Assembly: GCA_031282355.1 (NCBI GenBank)
Contig: JAITDW010000003.1
Coordinates: forward strand, 27,708-91,707
Length of the DNA stretch: 64,000 nucleotides
Direction: 5' to 3'
Source: Candidatus Endomicrobiellum neotermitis
GTDB taxonomy: Bacteria > Elusimicrobiota > Endomicrobiia > Endomicrobiales > Endomicrobiaceae
Shown here: positions 53,298 through 64,000 of the stretch, one piece after another
How the letters are laid out: every line of letters begins with the position of its first letter
Position numbering within the stretch: position 1 is the stretch's first letter
Notes under the pieces: generated by a model
The model's database searches: none
Seen by the model: the letters and a program-made list of their open reading frames with translations, nothing else
Told to the model about the DNA's origin: nothing
Program-made: the position numbers and the translations under genes

Positions 53298-55790
53298 TTA
53301 TCTTACGGAATCATCTTTTATAACAGAAGCAATCGCTGCAACTTTATCACCAGCATCAAGGCGCACTAAACGTACACCTTGAGTATTCCTACCTATAACA
53401 GAAATATTATCTACATTAAAACGTATCGTTATACCATTTTGTGTAATTATCATTATTTCTTCACCTGGGTTTGCTTTCTTAATTCCAATAACATTTCCAT
53501 TTCTGTGAGTTGCCTGCATATTTATGACACCATGTCCAGCTCTTTTTTGAAGACGATATTTTCCTACTTTAGTTCTTTTACCATAACCATTTTCAGATAC
53601 TGAAAGAAAAATATCACTAGGTGTAAAGACCTCCATGCCTATAACTTCATCGTTTTTTCCCAAAGATATACCATTCACACCAATTCCATTGCGCCCGATA
53701 GGCCGCACATCACTTTCTTTAAATCTTATAGCTATACCTTTTTTCGTGGCAATTACAACCTCTGGATTCTTTTCTATAACTTTTACTTCAGTTAAAACAT
53801 CTCCATTCGTAAGTTTAATAGCTATAACACCACTTTTCCTTTGATTAGAAAATTCTTTAAGTGCAATTTTCTTAATTGTACCCTTTTTAGTACACATAAG
53901 TAAATATTCATCATTAATACTTTTAAGGTCAAACGATCTTATAGGAATTGTCGCAGTAACTTTTTCTTCCGGTCCTTGTAACTGTAAAAGGTTTACTATA
54001 GCCTTTCCTTTTGATATCCTACTGCATTCAGGTATTTCATATACTCTTGTACAATATAATCTTCCTCGGTTTGTAAAAAACAACACATATGAATGAGAAC
54101 TAGTGATGAATATATCCTCAACAAAATCTTCTTCTTTTGTGTTCATTGCGGTTATGCCACGACCACCTCTATGTTGTGCCTTATACGTATCAAGTGATAT
54201 ACGCTTAATATATCCAGTATGTGACATAGTTACTGCAACTTCTTCTTTTTGGATCAAGTCATCAATACTAAAATCCGCCTCAGCAACTTGAATCTGCGTC
54301 CTTCTCTTGTCACCATATTTTTCCTTTAAATCTATAAGTTCTTCTTTTATTATGTCAAGAACTTTTTTAGAATCTGTCAATATAGAACGTAATTGTTCAA
54401 CCAAATTCGTTACTTCTAAATATTCTTGAGTAATTTCTTTTATTTTTAAACTGCTTAATTGCCGTATTTTCATTTCTAAAATAGCTTCAGATTGTATTTT
54501 ACTCAATCCAAATCGTAGTGCTAAATTTGCATTGGCATTATCTTCACTATTAGATTTTTTTATAATCTCAACAACAATATTAATGTTATCGATTGCTATT
54601 TTTAATCCTTCTAAAATATGTGCTCTAGCTTCAGATTTTTGTAAATTAAATTTTGTTTTTCTTGTAACAATAATTTTCCTATGCTCAATGTGATGCAATA
54701 AAACTTCTTTAATATTCATTATTTTAGGTTTATTATCAACCAATGCGAGCATTATAACGCCAAAAGATGATTGCATTTGGGTGTGTTTGTATAATTGATT
54801 CAATACAGTTTTAGAATTTGCATCTTTTTTAACTTCAATCACAATTCGTATTCCGTTACGATCAGATTCATCCCGCAAATCAGAAATACCATCAATTTTT
54901 TTATCTTTAACTAAATCAGCAATAGAAGCTATAAGATTTGCTTTATTTACTTGATATGGAATTTCATTCACTATAATGACTTCTTTTCCATTTTTTATTT
55001 CTTTTATTTCAACTTTAGCCTTGATTTTTATGGAACCCCTTCCTTTTTCCATATAATCCTTTATACCAACTTTACCTAGAATTACTGCACCCGTAGGAAA
55101 ATCTGGACCCTTAATATATTTCATAATGTCTGAAACATTTAATTCCGGATTATCTATCAAAGCTATTAGTGCATTGCTGATTTCTTCAATATTATGAGTT
55201 GGAATATTTGTAGCCATACCAACAGCTATACCTGATGAACCATTAACTAAAAGGTTAGGAAGTTTTGTTGGAAGTACTGACGGTTCTTTTAAAGAACCAT
55301 CGTAATTTGGAATAAAGTCAACCGTATTTTTATCTAAATCAACTAGTATCTCATCAGTGATTGAACCCATTTTAACTTCAGTATAACGCATAGCTGCAGC
55401 AAAGTCACCATCTATGCTGCCAAAATTCCCCTGCCCATCAATTATTGGATACCTCAATGAAAAACTTTGTACCATTCTAACCATAGCACTATAAACTGCA
55501 GAATCCCCGTGAGGATGATACTTACCAAGAACATCTCCAACGACCCTCGCAGATTTTTTATATGCAGTATTATGTTTCAATCCCATTTCTTTCATTGCAT
55601 AAAGTATTCTTCTGTGAACAGGTTTTAGCCCATCACGCACATCTGGTAAAGCTCTTCCTACTATTACACTCATAGCATAATCTATATAGGAGCTTTTCAT
55701 TTCATCTTCAATGTTTTTTGAAATAATACTAGTAGGAGTAATTTGAGGTACCATTGTTTCTTTAGATCTATTAATTCCTTTTTCTTTCAT
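53298..55790 (-). CDS. gyrA: DNA gyrase subunit A
   Basis: [30 protein letters not shown] catalytic Tyr, GyrA-box QHRGGRG. Confidence 0.97.
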   Translation of the reverse strand: MKEKGINRSKETMVPQITPTSIISKNIEDEMKSSYIDYAMSVIVGRALPDVRDGLKPVHRRILYAMKEMGLKHNTAYKKSARVVGDVLGKYHPHGDSAVYSAMVRMVQSFSLRYPIIDGQGNFGSIDGDFAAAMRYTEVKMGSITDEILVDLDKNTVDFIPNYDGSLKEPSVLPTKLPNLLVNGSSGIAVGMATNIPTHNIEEISNALIALIDNPELNVSDIMKYIKGPDFPTGAVILGKVGIKDYMEKGRGSIKIKAKVEIKEIKNGKEVIIVNEIPYQVNKANLIASIADLVKDKKIDGISDLRDESDRNGIRIVIEVKKDANSKTVLNQLYKHTQMQSSFGVIMLALVDNKPKIMNIKEVLLHHIEHRKIIVTRKTKFNLQKSEARAHILEGLKIAIDNINIVVEIIKKSNSEDNANANLALRFGLSKIQSEAILEMKIRQLSSLKIKEITQEYLEVTNLVEQLRSILTDSKKVLDIIKEELIDLKEKYGDKRRTQIQVAEADFSIDDLIQKEEVAVTMSHTGYIKRISLDTYKAQHRGGRGITAMNTKEEDFVEDIFITSSHSYVLFFTNRGRLYCTRVYEIPECSRISKGKAIVNLLQLQGPEEKVTATIPIRSFDLKSINDEYLLMCTKKGTIKKIALKEFSNQRKSGVIAIKLTNGDVLTEVKVIEKNPEVVIATKKGIAIRFKESDVRPIGRNGIGVNGISLGKNDEVIGMEVFTPSDIFLSVSENGYGKRTKVGKYRLQKRAGHGVINMQATHRNGNVIGIKKANPGEEIMIITQNGITIRFNVDNISVIGRNTQGVRLVRLDAGDKVAAIASVIKDDSVR

Positions 55791-55848
55791 TTTTTTTATA
55801 TTCCTTATTCTTTCTGCAAGAGGATATTTTTTTCATGAAATAGTACAA

Positions 55849-58359
<2,511 letters not shown>

Positions 58360-58390
58360 TCATATGACCAATTAAAACTTAAAAAATCTG

Positions 58391-58669
58391 TCATTTTACT
58401 GTTACCTTTATATTTTTTATACTCGTACTACCAATTAAACACTTATTCAGCTTTTCTATTATCTCTTTTTTGCGAATTAGCAGTTCTGAATTTGCAACTG
58501 AACTTTGCGCTATTATAGAAATTATACCATTTTTATACCCATTTACTTTAGTGCCACTTATACAAATCTCTTTATTCCATATTTTTTCAATTAAAAAAAA
58601 ACATTTGTTTAATCCAAACTGTCTCTTTAGTAAACTTATTACTACTTCAGCTGCAGATGTCCAAGTCAT
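58391..58669 (-). CDS. DciA/DUF721-family protein
   Basis: 92 aa between dnaN and gyrB; W......G....SS....EL...K.EII.KLN pattern. Confidence 0.65.
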   Translation of the reverse strand: MTWTSAAEVVISLLKRQFGLNKCFFLIEKIWNKEICISGTKVNGYKNGIISIIAQSSVANSELLIRKKEIIEKLNKCLIGSTSIKNIKVTVK

Positions 58670-58673
58670 ATAT

Positions 58674-59795
58674 TCATATCCTCATTGGCATTATAACATA
58701 GAAATAGTTTCTATCAATTTCTGGGTACATTATTGCTGGATTCAAGTAATCATTAAATTTAAATACTATAAAATCCTCATTGATATTTTGTAATGCTTCT
58801 TTTAAAAAATTGGGATTAAAGCTAATTTCTGTAGATTTTCCTTTGTAGTCAATCTCTAGTTCAACTTCACCAGAACCTAGCCCAGTCGTTGAAGCTGAAA
58901 TTCTTAAAACGTTTGAGCCAAAACATAATCTAATTGCAGTAGATTTGTCAGCTAAAATTTTATCAGCCGTTAGAATAGCTACTTGCTTTACAGCTGTAAA
59001 AGTGTTTTTTACATTTAATTTTACTTCAAAATCATTTTTTTTAGGAATGACCTGCTCATAATTAGGGAACGTCCCTTCTATAAGTGTAGAGAAAAATATT
59101 ACATCACTAACTTCTATAACTAGTTGATTATCTGTAACAGCAATTTTTATGTACTCAGATTTTGAATCATGTGACAATATTTTCAGAATGCTATCAGCGG
59201 CTTTTGTGGGAACTATAGCTTCTTTACGTTTCTTGTTTGTTTTTATTTCCTTTGTAGCAGCATAAGCAAGTCTTTTGCCGTCAGTAGCAATCATTCTAAA
59301 GTCACTATCTAATATAAAACAAATTCCATTTAAGACATATTTTTGCGAGTCCCTGGATACAGCAAAAATAGTTTTCTTTAGCATGGACACAAATATATCT
59401 TTTCTCAAAAGAAAAACCTCATCATCAACTGATAGTTTTGGCATCGGAGGGTACTCAGTTTTTGAAATACCAGCAAGAATGAATTTCGATTTTCCAGATT
59501 TAATATTTATACAATTCGTTTCATCAGATCTTATTTCTATTTCATTATTAACAAATTCTTTCACAATATCTGTAAACCTTCTTGCATGTACTGTAATTCC
59601 TCCCTCCTCTACTACTTCTCCTTTCATATAACATTTTACAGATATCTCAAGATCTGTAGATGATATTTTTATTTTATTTTTTGCTGTTTCAATCAAGAAA
59701 TTTGAGAGAATAGGAAGTGTGCCTTTGTACTGTACTGCTGGAGATATTGTTTGCACACTAGCTAAAAGTTCATTTTTTTCACAAATTATTCTCAT
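58674..59795 (-). CDS. dnaN: DNA polymerase III beta sliding clamp
   Basis: LPILSN, TDLEI, ATDGKRL, GTFPNYEQVIP, FNPNFL, VIMPMRI. Confidence 0.96.
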   Translation of the reverse strand: MRIICEKNELLASVQTISPAVQYKGTLPILSNFLIETAKNKIKISSTDLEISVKCYMKGEVVEEGGITVHARRFTDIVKEFVNNEIEIRSDETNCINIKSGKSKFILAGISKTEYPPMPKLSVDDEVFLLRKDIFVSMLKKTIFAVSRDSQKYVLNGICFILDSDFRMIATDGKRLAYAATKEIKTNKKRKEAIVPTKAADSILKILSHDSKSEYIKIAVTDNQLVIEVSDVIFFSTLIEGTFPNYEQVIPKKNDFEVKLNVKNTFTAVKQVAILTADKILADKSTAIRLCFGSNVLRISASTTGLGSGEVELEIDYKGKSTEISFNPNFLKEALQNINEDFIVFKFNDYLNPAIMYPEIDRNYFYVIMPMRI

Positions 59796-60051
59796 TTTTT
59801 ATAGTCTCTTTACCATAAATATTATAAAACTGAATAACTACAAACATTAGTAATAATTATAACACTCAGTATATTGTTGACAATTGATGGCATAACAAAA
59901 AAAAGTAATAGCCATCAGCTAGAATTTAATAAAATTTCTACATAAAATCATGTTGATAACATGTTAAAGTTATTAACGTTTTAACAAAACGGCCCCCATT
60001 ATACAAAATTTTTTGTTAGTTATGCACAATTTCACAATGGTTTTTAGTATC
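59796..60051. other. probable replication origin (oriC)
   Basis: AT-rich spacer upstream of dnaN with DnaA-box matches (TGTTGACAA 59875-59883, TGTTGATAA 59951-59959, TTATGCACA 60020-60028), TAG/TAA trio run 59848-59862, and an apparent switch in G/C skew across it. Confidence 0.65.
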
Positions 60052-61509
60052 TTATCCGTAAGGAGTTAACAATCGAAATGCATTGTTTCTTATATGTTTT
60101 AAAAACGACATATTTTTACATTCAGATATAGTAGTGATTTTTGCTTTTTGCTTTTTAGATTCGATAATCATACAAAGCTTTTTAGCCAAACTTTTGCTAA
60201 AAATTTCTATGTTAGATTCAAAATGAAGCTTAAAACTTCTTACGTCCCAATTAGCAGATCCTAGAAAAATCCACTCATAATCAACTATAAAAATTTTACT
60301 ATGATCAAAAGGTGGAGGAGTACGATAAATTCTTACACCACTTTCGACTAAGCGTAGGAAATTTGATGTGGCTGCCCAATTTATAAACCTGTGGTCACTT
60401 TTGTTTGGAATAACTATTTCAACATCAACTCCTCTCATTGCAGCCATCTCAAGTGCTGTTAAGATGTTATTCTCAGGGAGAAAATATGGTGTTGCTATAA
60501 TAATTTTCTTTGTTGCGATATTTATTGCTCCATGAATAATAAATTCTATAATTCCGTTTTTGTTATCAGGACCATCAGGAATAATTCTCGCTGGAATTGC
60601 TCCCGAATTAACAAAATATGATTTTTTAAATACAGATTGAAATTTTTTACCTGTCACAAACTCCCAATCATCTTCAAACACTTTTGAAATTTGACTTATA
60701 ATCGGACCGTTTAATTTAAATGTAATATCTAAGACTCCTTTTTTTATATCATTAACCAAAACATTATTTTTTGAAAGATTCATTCCTCCAAAAAAAGCTG
60801 TTTCACCGTCTATTACCATCATTTTTCTATGATTTCTTAGGTTTACAAAAGGCATTGCTATTGGAATTTGTGGCGGTAAGAATACACCATACTCTAAGCC
60901 TTTGATTTTTGAAAATTTTCTCTCTATTGAATTATGAAAGAATTTTAGTATTCCTATGCCATCTACTAAAATTTTCACGACAGCACCATTTTTAATTGCC
61001 ATTTTTATAGCTTCTAAAAATTTATTAGTTTCATTGTCATAATCAAAAATGTAGCTTGATATTAAAATTTCCTTGTTTGCATTTTTTATAGCTTTTATCA
61101 TCTCCGGATAAGCTTCAATACCATTTTGTAATGGTTGTACTGAATTACCAAGTGTAAAATCTTGAGGATATACTTTATGCCCAAAAGCCACAAACTGCTT
61201 GTAATGTGTTGGGATAGTTTTTAGAATATCACTTGTTGCTAAAGAGCTATTTTTAAAAACGACTGCAGGACCTCTTAACCGTGTCCCTTTCCTTTTCACC
61301 CTATTAATCCCAAGAAATATATACAATATGATGCTGAAAAATGAATGAGATGATAAAACAAAGGCTATCCAACCTATCGACGATTTAACATCATCTTTAT
61401 GCAGCAATATGTGAATAACTATGTAAATGGACAAAACAACAGAGGTACCAGTTACAAAAAGAATGCATAAATTAGAATGTATAAGACTTAAAAAAGTATT
61501 TATGACCAT
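60052..61509 (-). CDS. cls: cardiolipin synthase (phospholipase D family)
   Basis: two N-terminal TM helices and two HKD motifs (NHRKMMVID, HSKIFIVD..GSANWD). Confidence 0.9.
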   Translation of the reverse strand: MVINTFLSLIHSNLCILFVTGTSVVLSIYIVIHILLHKDDVKSSIGWIAFVLSSHSFFSIILYIFLGINRVKRKGTRLRGPAVVFKNSSLATSDILKTIPTHYKQFVAFGHKVYPQDFTLGNSVQPLQNGIEAYPEMIKAIKNANKEILISSYIFDYDNETNKFLEAIKMAIKNGAVVKILVDGIGILKFFHNSIERKFSKIKGLEYGVFLPPQIPIAMPFVNLRNHRKMMVIDGETAFFGGMNLSKNNVLVNDIKKGVLDITFKLNGPIISQISKVFEDDWEFVTGKKFQSVFKKSYFVNSGAIPARIIPDGPDNKNGIIEFIIHGAINIATKKIIIATPYFLPENNILTALEMAAMRGVDVEIVIPNKSDHRFINWAATSNFLRLVESGVRIYRTPPPFDHSKIFIVDYEWIFLGSANWDVRSFKLHFESNIEIFSKSLAKKLCMIIESKKQKAKITTISECKNMSFLKHIRNNAFRLLTPYG

Positions 61510-61681
61510 TGCTGAATGTGATTCTATAAAAACTATATTACTATTAGCAAGTAATTCATTACTGACTTAAAGAAAGTAAACAACAAATCAAGACAGATTA
61601 GTTCAATATTGAAAAAATATATGCAAAAATTATAAAGATTTAACAAAAATGTATTTGAAACAGAAATATATGATATAAGAT

Positions 61682-61710
61682 TTGACATTTTTAATATCTT
61701 TATATAAAAT
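61682..61710 (+). promoter_or_regulatory. sigma70 promoter of the tRNA-rpmG-secE-nusG operon
   Basis: TTGACA-17 bp-TAAAAT followed by the GC-rich CGTCGAG. Confidence 0.75.
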
Positions 61711-61795
61711 CGTCGAGTGTGTCAGGATTGTAATTAATTAAAAGAGTGGTTTTTTTAGGAACATTTTGATGGAGTGCACTATTAAGAGAACAAGG

Positions 61796-61878
61796 GGGGG
61801 TGTGGCAGAGTGGTCTAATGCACCAGACTGTAAATCTGGCGGGCTTGCCCTTCGGTGGTTCAAATCCATCCGCCCCCA
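61796..61878 (+). tRNA. tRNA-Tyr(GTA)
   Basis: GGGGGTG/CGCCCCC acceptor stem, CCAGA-CT-GTA-AA-TCTGG, long variable arm, GGTTCAAATCC. Confidence 0.95.
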
Positions 61879-61906
61879 TGTATGTTTTGCAAGTATGAAA
61901 TTATTT

Positions 61907-61977
61907 GCGGGAGTAGCATAATGGTAGTGCTCCAACCTTCCAAGCTGGCCATGCGGGTTCGATTCCCGTCTCCCGCT
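61907..61977 (+). tRNA. tRNA-Gly(TCC)
   Basis: GCGGGAG/CTCCCGC acceptor stem, CCAAC-CT-TCC-AA-GCTGG, GGTTCGATTCC. Confidence 0.94.
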
Positions 61978-62088
61978 TTTGTTGTGTGATAAACATACTA
62001 CTCTCGTAAATTTGTTGTTATGTCTCCATGTATTTGCTTGCTGATTAATGTGAACGGTATTTTGTAGTTTATGTTGTTGTTATGTAAT

Positions 62089-62160
62089 GCCGGGGTGGCT
62101 CAGTGGTAGAGCACCCCCTTGGTAAGGGGGTGGTCACAGGTTCGATTCCTGTCCTCGGCT
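62089..62160 (+). tRNA. tRNA-Thr(GGT)
   Basis: GCCGGGG/CCTCGGC acceptor stem, CCCCC-TT-GGT-AA-GGGGG, GGTTCGATTCC. Confidence 0.95.
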
Positions 62161-62332
62161 CTTGTTGTAAATCGATAGAAAGGCAGTTAAGATTTGTAAT
62201 AATAAAAAGCTGAAAAATAAAATTGATAATGCTGTTATAAAAAAATTGTTGAATGTTTTGAGAATGTTGTTGCGATTATATTGTGCACATACAGTTTTAA
62301 GGCATATAAAAATATGGGAGAATTGAAATAAT

Positions 62333-62485
62333 ATGGCTGAAAGAGTTATTATAACTTTGGCATGTAATGTTTGTAAAAATCGAAATTACCATTTTAATAG
62401 AAGCAAAAAACTCGAAGGAAAATTAACAATTAAAAAGTTTTGTAAAAAATGTGTAAAGCGCACAGATCATAGTGAAACCAAATAG
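62333..62485 (+). CDS. rpmG: 50S ribosomal protein L33, zinc-binding type (not in the ORF track)
   Basis: MAERVIITLACNVCKNRNYHFNRSKKLEGKLTIKKFCKKCVKRTDHSETK; two CxxC motifs; GGGAG RBS. Confidence 0.95.
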   Translation: MAERVIITLACNVCKNRNYHFNRSKKLEGKLTIKKFCKKCVKRTDHSETK

Positions 62486-62516
62486 TGTATTGTGAATACT
62501 TGTTGTCAATTACAGT

Positions 62517-62588
62517 AGGGGTATAAGCTAAGTGGTAAACTGCCGGTCTCCAAAACCAGCATTGGAGGTTCAAGTCCTTCTACCCCTG
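62517..62588 (+). tRNA. tRNA-Trp(CCA)
   Basis: AGGGGTA/TACCCCT acceptor stem, CCGGT-CT-CCA-AA-ACCAG, GGTTCAAGTCC; canonical position before secE. Confidence 0.93.
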
Positions 62589-62611
62589 TATTTTATAAGG
62601 TATAAAATTGA

Positions 62612-62800
62612 ATGAGTTTGATAAAGATATTTGTACAGTTTTTTAAGTCTGCTTACTATGAGCTTACAAAAGTTACATGGCTTAGTAAAAAAGAGGTTGT
62701 AATTACTACTGCAGTAGTAATTTTTTTTATTGTTATGGTGTCTGTATTTGTTAGCGTTATTGATCTATTGTTGGGTGTCGTTATAAGCGCTATATTATGA
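62612..62800 (+). CDS. secE: preprotein translocase subunit SecE
   Basis: EL.KVTW..KKE motif plus one TM helix; between tRNA-Trp and nusG. Confidence 0.93.
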   Translation: MSLIKIFVQFFKSAYYELTKVTWLSKKEVVITTAVVIFFIVMVSVFVSVIDLLLGVVISAIL

Positions 62801-62821
62801 TCGGTGGTTGAGGTAAAAAAA

Positions 62822-63352
62822 ATGGCAAATCAATGGTATGTTGTTCATACTTATTCAGGACATGAAGATAAAGTAAAGAAAAGTTTAGAAATGAGTGTTA
62901 CAAATTTAAACATGCACGCTTACGTGTCTCAGATACTTATTCCTACTGAAGAAGTGGTTGAAGTAAAGCAAAATAGAAAACGAATTAAAAAAAGAAAATT
63001 TTATCCCGGATACATTTTTGTTGAGATGACTGTAAATAATACGACTTATTGGCTTGTAAGGAATACTGCTGGAGTCACTGGTTTTCTTGGAGGGGTAAAG
63101 CCTGTTCCAATGGCTCAACATGAAGTTGAAAATCTTCTTAATATCATTATTAATCCAGATGCTTCTAAACCTAGACCAGCAGTGTCATTTGAAAGAGAGG
63201 AGAATGTTCGTATTATTGAGGGCCCTTTTAAGCATTTTATAGGGGTTGTTGAAGAGATTAATCAAGAGAAGGGGAAGCTTAGAGTTATGGTTATGATATT
63301 TGGGAGACCTACACCTGTAGAACTTGATTTTTTACAAGTCGAAAAAATATAG
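62822..63352 (+). CDS. nusG: transcription factor NusG
   Basis: WYVVHTYSGHE, YPGYIFVEM, VTGF, GPF, IFGRPTPVELDF; ATG 62822 after a GAGG RBS. Confidence 0.97.
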   Translation: MANQWYVVHTYSGHEDKVKKSLEMSVTNLNMHAYVSQILIPTEEVVEVKQNRKRIKKRKFYPGYIFVEMTVNNTTYWLVRNTAGVTGFLGGVKPVPMAQHEVENLLNIIINPDASKPRPAVSFEREENVRIIEGPFKHFIGVVEEINQEKGKLRVMVMIFGRPTPVELDFLQVEKI

Positions 63353-63451
63353 AATCAATTATTTTTTATGGATAATGTGGAATCATTTTAATATTGTGGT
63401 ATTTTTTGATAGTTAAGGCTAAGATAAATGTTATTAAGGAGTAGTGTAAAA

Positions 63452-63886
63452 ATGGCAACAAAAAAGATAAAAACAATGATTAAATTACAAATCCCAGCAG
63501 GTGGGGCTAATCCTGCACCACCAGTAGGTCCTGCATTGGGACAACAAGGTGTTAATATCATGGAATTTTGTAAACAATTTAACGAAAAAACAAAAAAAAT
63601 GGAACAGGGAATACCAATACCAATAATTATCAGTGTTTTTGAAGATAGGTCGTTTACGTTTATAATGAAAATGCCTCCAGTTTCTGCTTTGATAAAAAAA
63701 ATTGTTGGCATTGCAAAAGCCTCTGCGGTACCAAATAGAGATAAAATAGCAAAAATTACAATGTTACAAATTGAAGAAATAGCGAAACAAAAAATGCCAG
63801 ATTTAAATGCAAATGGAAATTTAGATGCTGCAAAACTTATGATTGAAGGAACTGCAAAAAGCATGGGAGTCGATATTGTTAAATGA
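63452..63886 (+). CDS. rplK: 50S ribosomal protein L11
   Basis: [40 protein letters not shown]; ATG 63452 after an AGGAG RBS. Confidence 0.97.
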   Translation: MATKKIKTMIKLQIPAGGANPAPPVGPALGQQGVNIMEFCKQFNEKTKKMEQGIPIPIIISVFEDRSFTFIMKMPPVSALIKKIVGIAKASAVPNRDKIAKITMLQIEEIAKQKMPDLNANGNLDAAKLMIEGTAKSMGVDIVK

Positions 63887-63989
63887 TAAAAAGGTTTATA
63901 TAATAGTGTATTGTTTAGCAGATAAGTAGATAATGATGTCTTATAGTGCTAAAAAATAGGTGATATGTAAGTAGTAATAGGAGAAAAAA

Positions 63990-64000
63990 ATGAAAAATAG
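63990..64000 (+). CDS. probable start of ribosomal protein L1 (truncated by the window edge)
   Basis: AGGAG RBS then ATGAAAAATAG; identity inferred only from synteny after rplK. Confidence 0.5.

Noticed and set aside
62517-62588. UGA-to-Trp recoding
   Set aside because: TGA terminates conserved genes at their expected ends (rplM, tmk, mnmE, secE, rplK) and no in-frame TGA is needed in any gene

Overview
Very AT-rich (roughly 25-30% GC by eye), compact bacterial chromosome segment made almost entirely of housekeeping genes. The gene repertoire (Gram-negative envelope genes with a Firmicutes-style tmk-holB-PSP1-metG-tatD block, DUF4416, DUF116, an AroP-like permease) and the eroded spacers suggest a genome-reduced endosymbiont, most plausibly Endomicrobiaceae (Elusimicrobiota); this is inference. 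Contents in order: tpiA; rplM-rpsI; an interleaved purine/pyrimidine cluster (purD-purE-pyrR-pyrB-pyrC-pyrK-pyrD-pyrF-pyrE-purM-purN-purB-guaB); an M48 peptidase; tmk-holB-PSP1-metG-tatD; tRNA-Leu; DUF4416, panB, folK, DUF116, yajQ; TolC plus an RND pump; an MsbA-like exporter, MATE, TamB-like protein, ilvE, gmhA, accC/accB, efp, recO, ybeY, aspS; dnaA, rsmA, mnmE, DHH, rbfA; an amino-acid permease; gyrA, gyrB, DciA, dnaN; the probable oriC; cls; and tRNA-Tyr/Gly/Thr-rpmG-tRNA-Trp-secE-nusG-rplK-(rplA). I found no mobile element, CRISPR array, prophage or defence island, and cannot support a large novel system. The best leads are: a decayed ribF (and possibly truB) remnant hidden in a spacer; an origin separated from dnaA by about 12.5 kb; a TolC+RND pair with no adjacent adaptor gene; a PyrR with an eroded RNA-binding face; and a rod-like candidate RNA upstream of yajQ.
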